From Camelus dromedarius (Eukaryota), in NCBI RefSeq assembly GCF_036321535.1, contig NC_087437.1, positions 13,394,001 through 13,458,000 of the forward strand: 64,000 nt of DNA, in the 5' to 3' direction. A program made the position numbers and the translations under genes. The stretch's first letter is position 1, and every line of letters begins with the position of its first letter. Of this stretch, positions 62,938 through 64,000 are shown one piece after another. A model generated the notes under the pieces. It saw only the letters and a program-made list of their open reading frames with translations, had not been told where the DNA came from and did no database searches.

Positions 62938-63621
62938 TGAGACAGGAGGGAAGGAGGCAGGGCAGAACCATTTAAAAGAATGACACAGCAGTTAGCACCA
63001 CGATGGTGGAAGATTCAGCTCCCAGTAGACCTTGAGCTTCAGTACACCCTCACTGTAATGCAGTAGCTGCTGAATGACCCTTCCACAGGCGCCAGGACAG
63101 TTTCCAGGCTGACCATGAAAGGTCAAAGGGTGAGTGATGGCCCAGTTCCTGGGAACCCCAGCCTCTTCCCCAGAGTAGTTGGAATAACCCTCCCACTTGT
63201 TAGCATATGAAGCTACCCAGCCCATAAAAGCTCACAACTCCACATCCAGGGGCTGGAGTGCTCTCTCTCTCTGCCTTCCTCTTCCCTTTTGAGAAGGCCC
63301 ACATTCCACCTGTGGACTGTGTATCTCCTAGGTCTTTCTCTTGCCTTTTGAGATGGCCTGCACTCTGTCTATGGAGTGTGTTAATCTACTTTTGCTTTAA
63401 CCACCCCCGTGCCTCGTGGACTCTCTGGCCTCTGAGACGACCTACACTGTGACTATGGAGCATGCATCTCTCTGAATAAATCTACCTTCCCGCTACTCTG
63501 GCCCACTCTTGAATTTTCTCCTGGGCAAAGCCAAGGACCTTCACTTGATGGGGCCCGCCCCAGGGACTCATCTGGGACCTGGGACATGGCCGTCCTCTCA
63601 TGCCCCATTTTTCCTGTATCA
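62938..63621 (+). mobile_element. MER41-like ERV1 solo LTR
   Basis: TGAGACAGG...CCTGTATCA; TATA-like CATAAAA near 63223, AATAAA at 63475-63480; homologous to 60150-60260. Confidence 0.8.
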
Positions 63622-63679
63622 TCATGATGGATAGTTTATCTGTAAAGGGGGATGTGGTGCCATATTTGACCACACCGAC

Positions 63680-63850
63680 TCTGGAAGCCAAAGGACGTGA
63701 GCTCAGATCTTGCCTCTTATCTCTAAGCAGCTAGGACAGTAGGCAGGTTATGTAACCTCCTTATGCCTCAATTTGCTCATCTGTACAAAGGTCGCAATTG
63801 GTACCTCTCAGGGTTGTAGTGAGGATTGTATAAGGTGATACATGTGTATC
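63680..63850 (+). mobile_element. MIR SINE
   Basis: GCCTCAATTTGCTCATCTGTACAAAGG...GTACCTCTCAGGGTTGTAGTGAGGATT. Confidence 0.8.
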
Positions 63851-64000
63851 CAGGATAAAATGCAGCTGCTTTTTTGCACCCACCAGTCCTTTAATCCCTG
63901 TTCTGTGCAGGTGATCACCCTCTAGACCCTGAATGAAAACATCCGTCAGCCCCAGAACTTGTGCTTAGTCTTAGGTTGTCCTACTATTACTTTAAGTCAC

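Noticed and set aside
365..63691. The many 60-174 aa ORFs in the six-frame track
   Set aside because: Many use non-ATG starts, overlap repeats or microsatellites, and show no recognisable domain; only the L1 ORF2 remnants are meaningful.
1..64000. Naming the host gene (PPARGC1B considered, from my recollection that it has a long first intron with an ATG-only alternative first exon)
   Set aside because: Architecture only; I have no sequence match and did not find the miR-378 hairpin in the window. Many genes fit, so no symbol is given.
1..64000. CRISPR arrays, rRNA genes, operon-like or defence systems
   Set aside because: Mammalian repeat-rich DNA; no repeat-spacer arrays or prokaryote-like ORFs seen.

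Overview
Mammalian genomic DNA, most likely camelid (camel/alpaca): it carries a Vic-1-type tRNA-derived SINE and several cetartiodactyl-type L1 3' ends, and I saw no Alu, B1 or Bov-A elements. I found no recognisable host protein-coding exon. The only recognisable protein remnants are L1 ORF2 C-terminal fragments; the other listed ORFs look like chance frames. The window is a mosaic of old repeats (MIR, L2, L1MC/ME, hAT MITEs, MaLR/ERVL LTRs), younger L1 fragments, three ERV1-type solo LTRs and microsatellites. It starts in a CpG-island shore, and most L1/LTR copies lie on the minus strand, which suggests the first large intron of a plus-strand gene (inference; gene not identified). The best non-repeat signals are a candidate internal promoter with an exon ending ATG|GTGAGT at about 40.1-40.7 kb and a second phase-0 candidate exon at 23.7 kb. 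I saw no new multi-gene system. Repeat family names come from my recall of consensus sequences, not from a search, and most boundaries are approximate (tens of bp).
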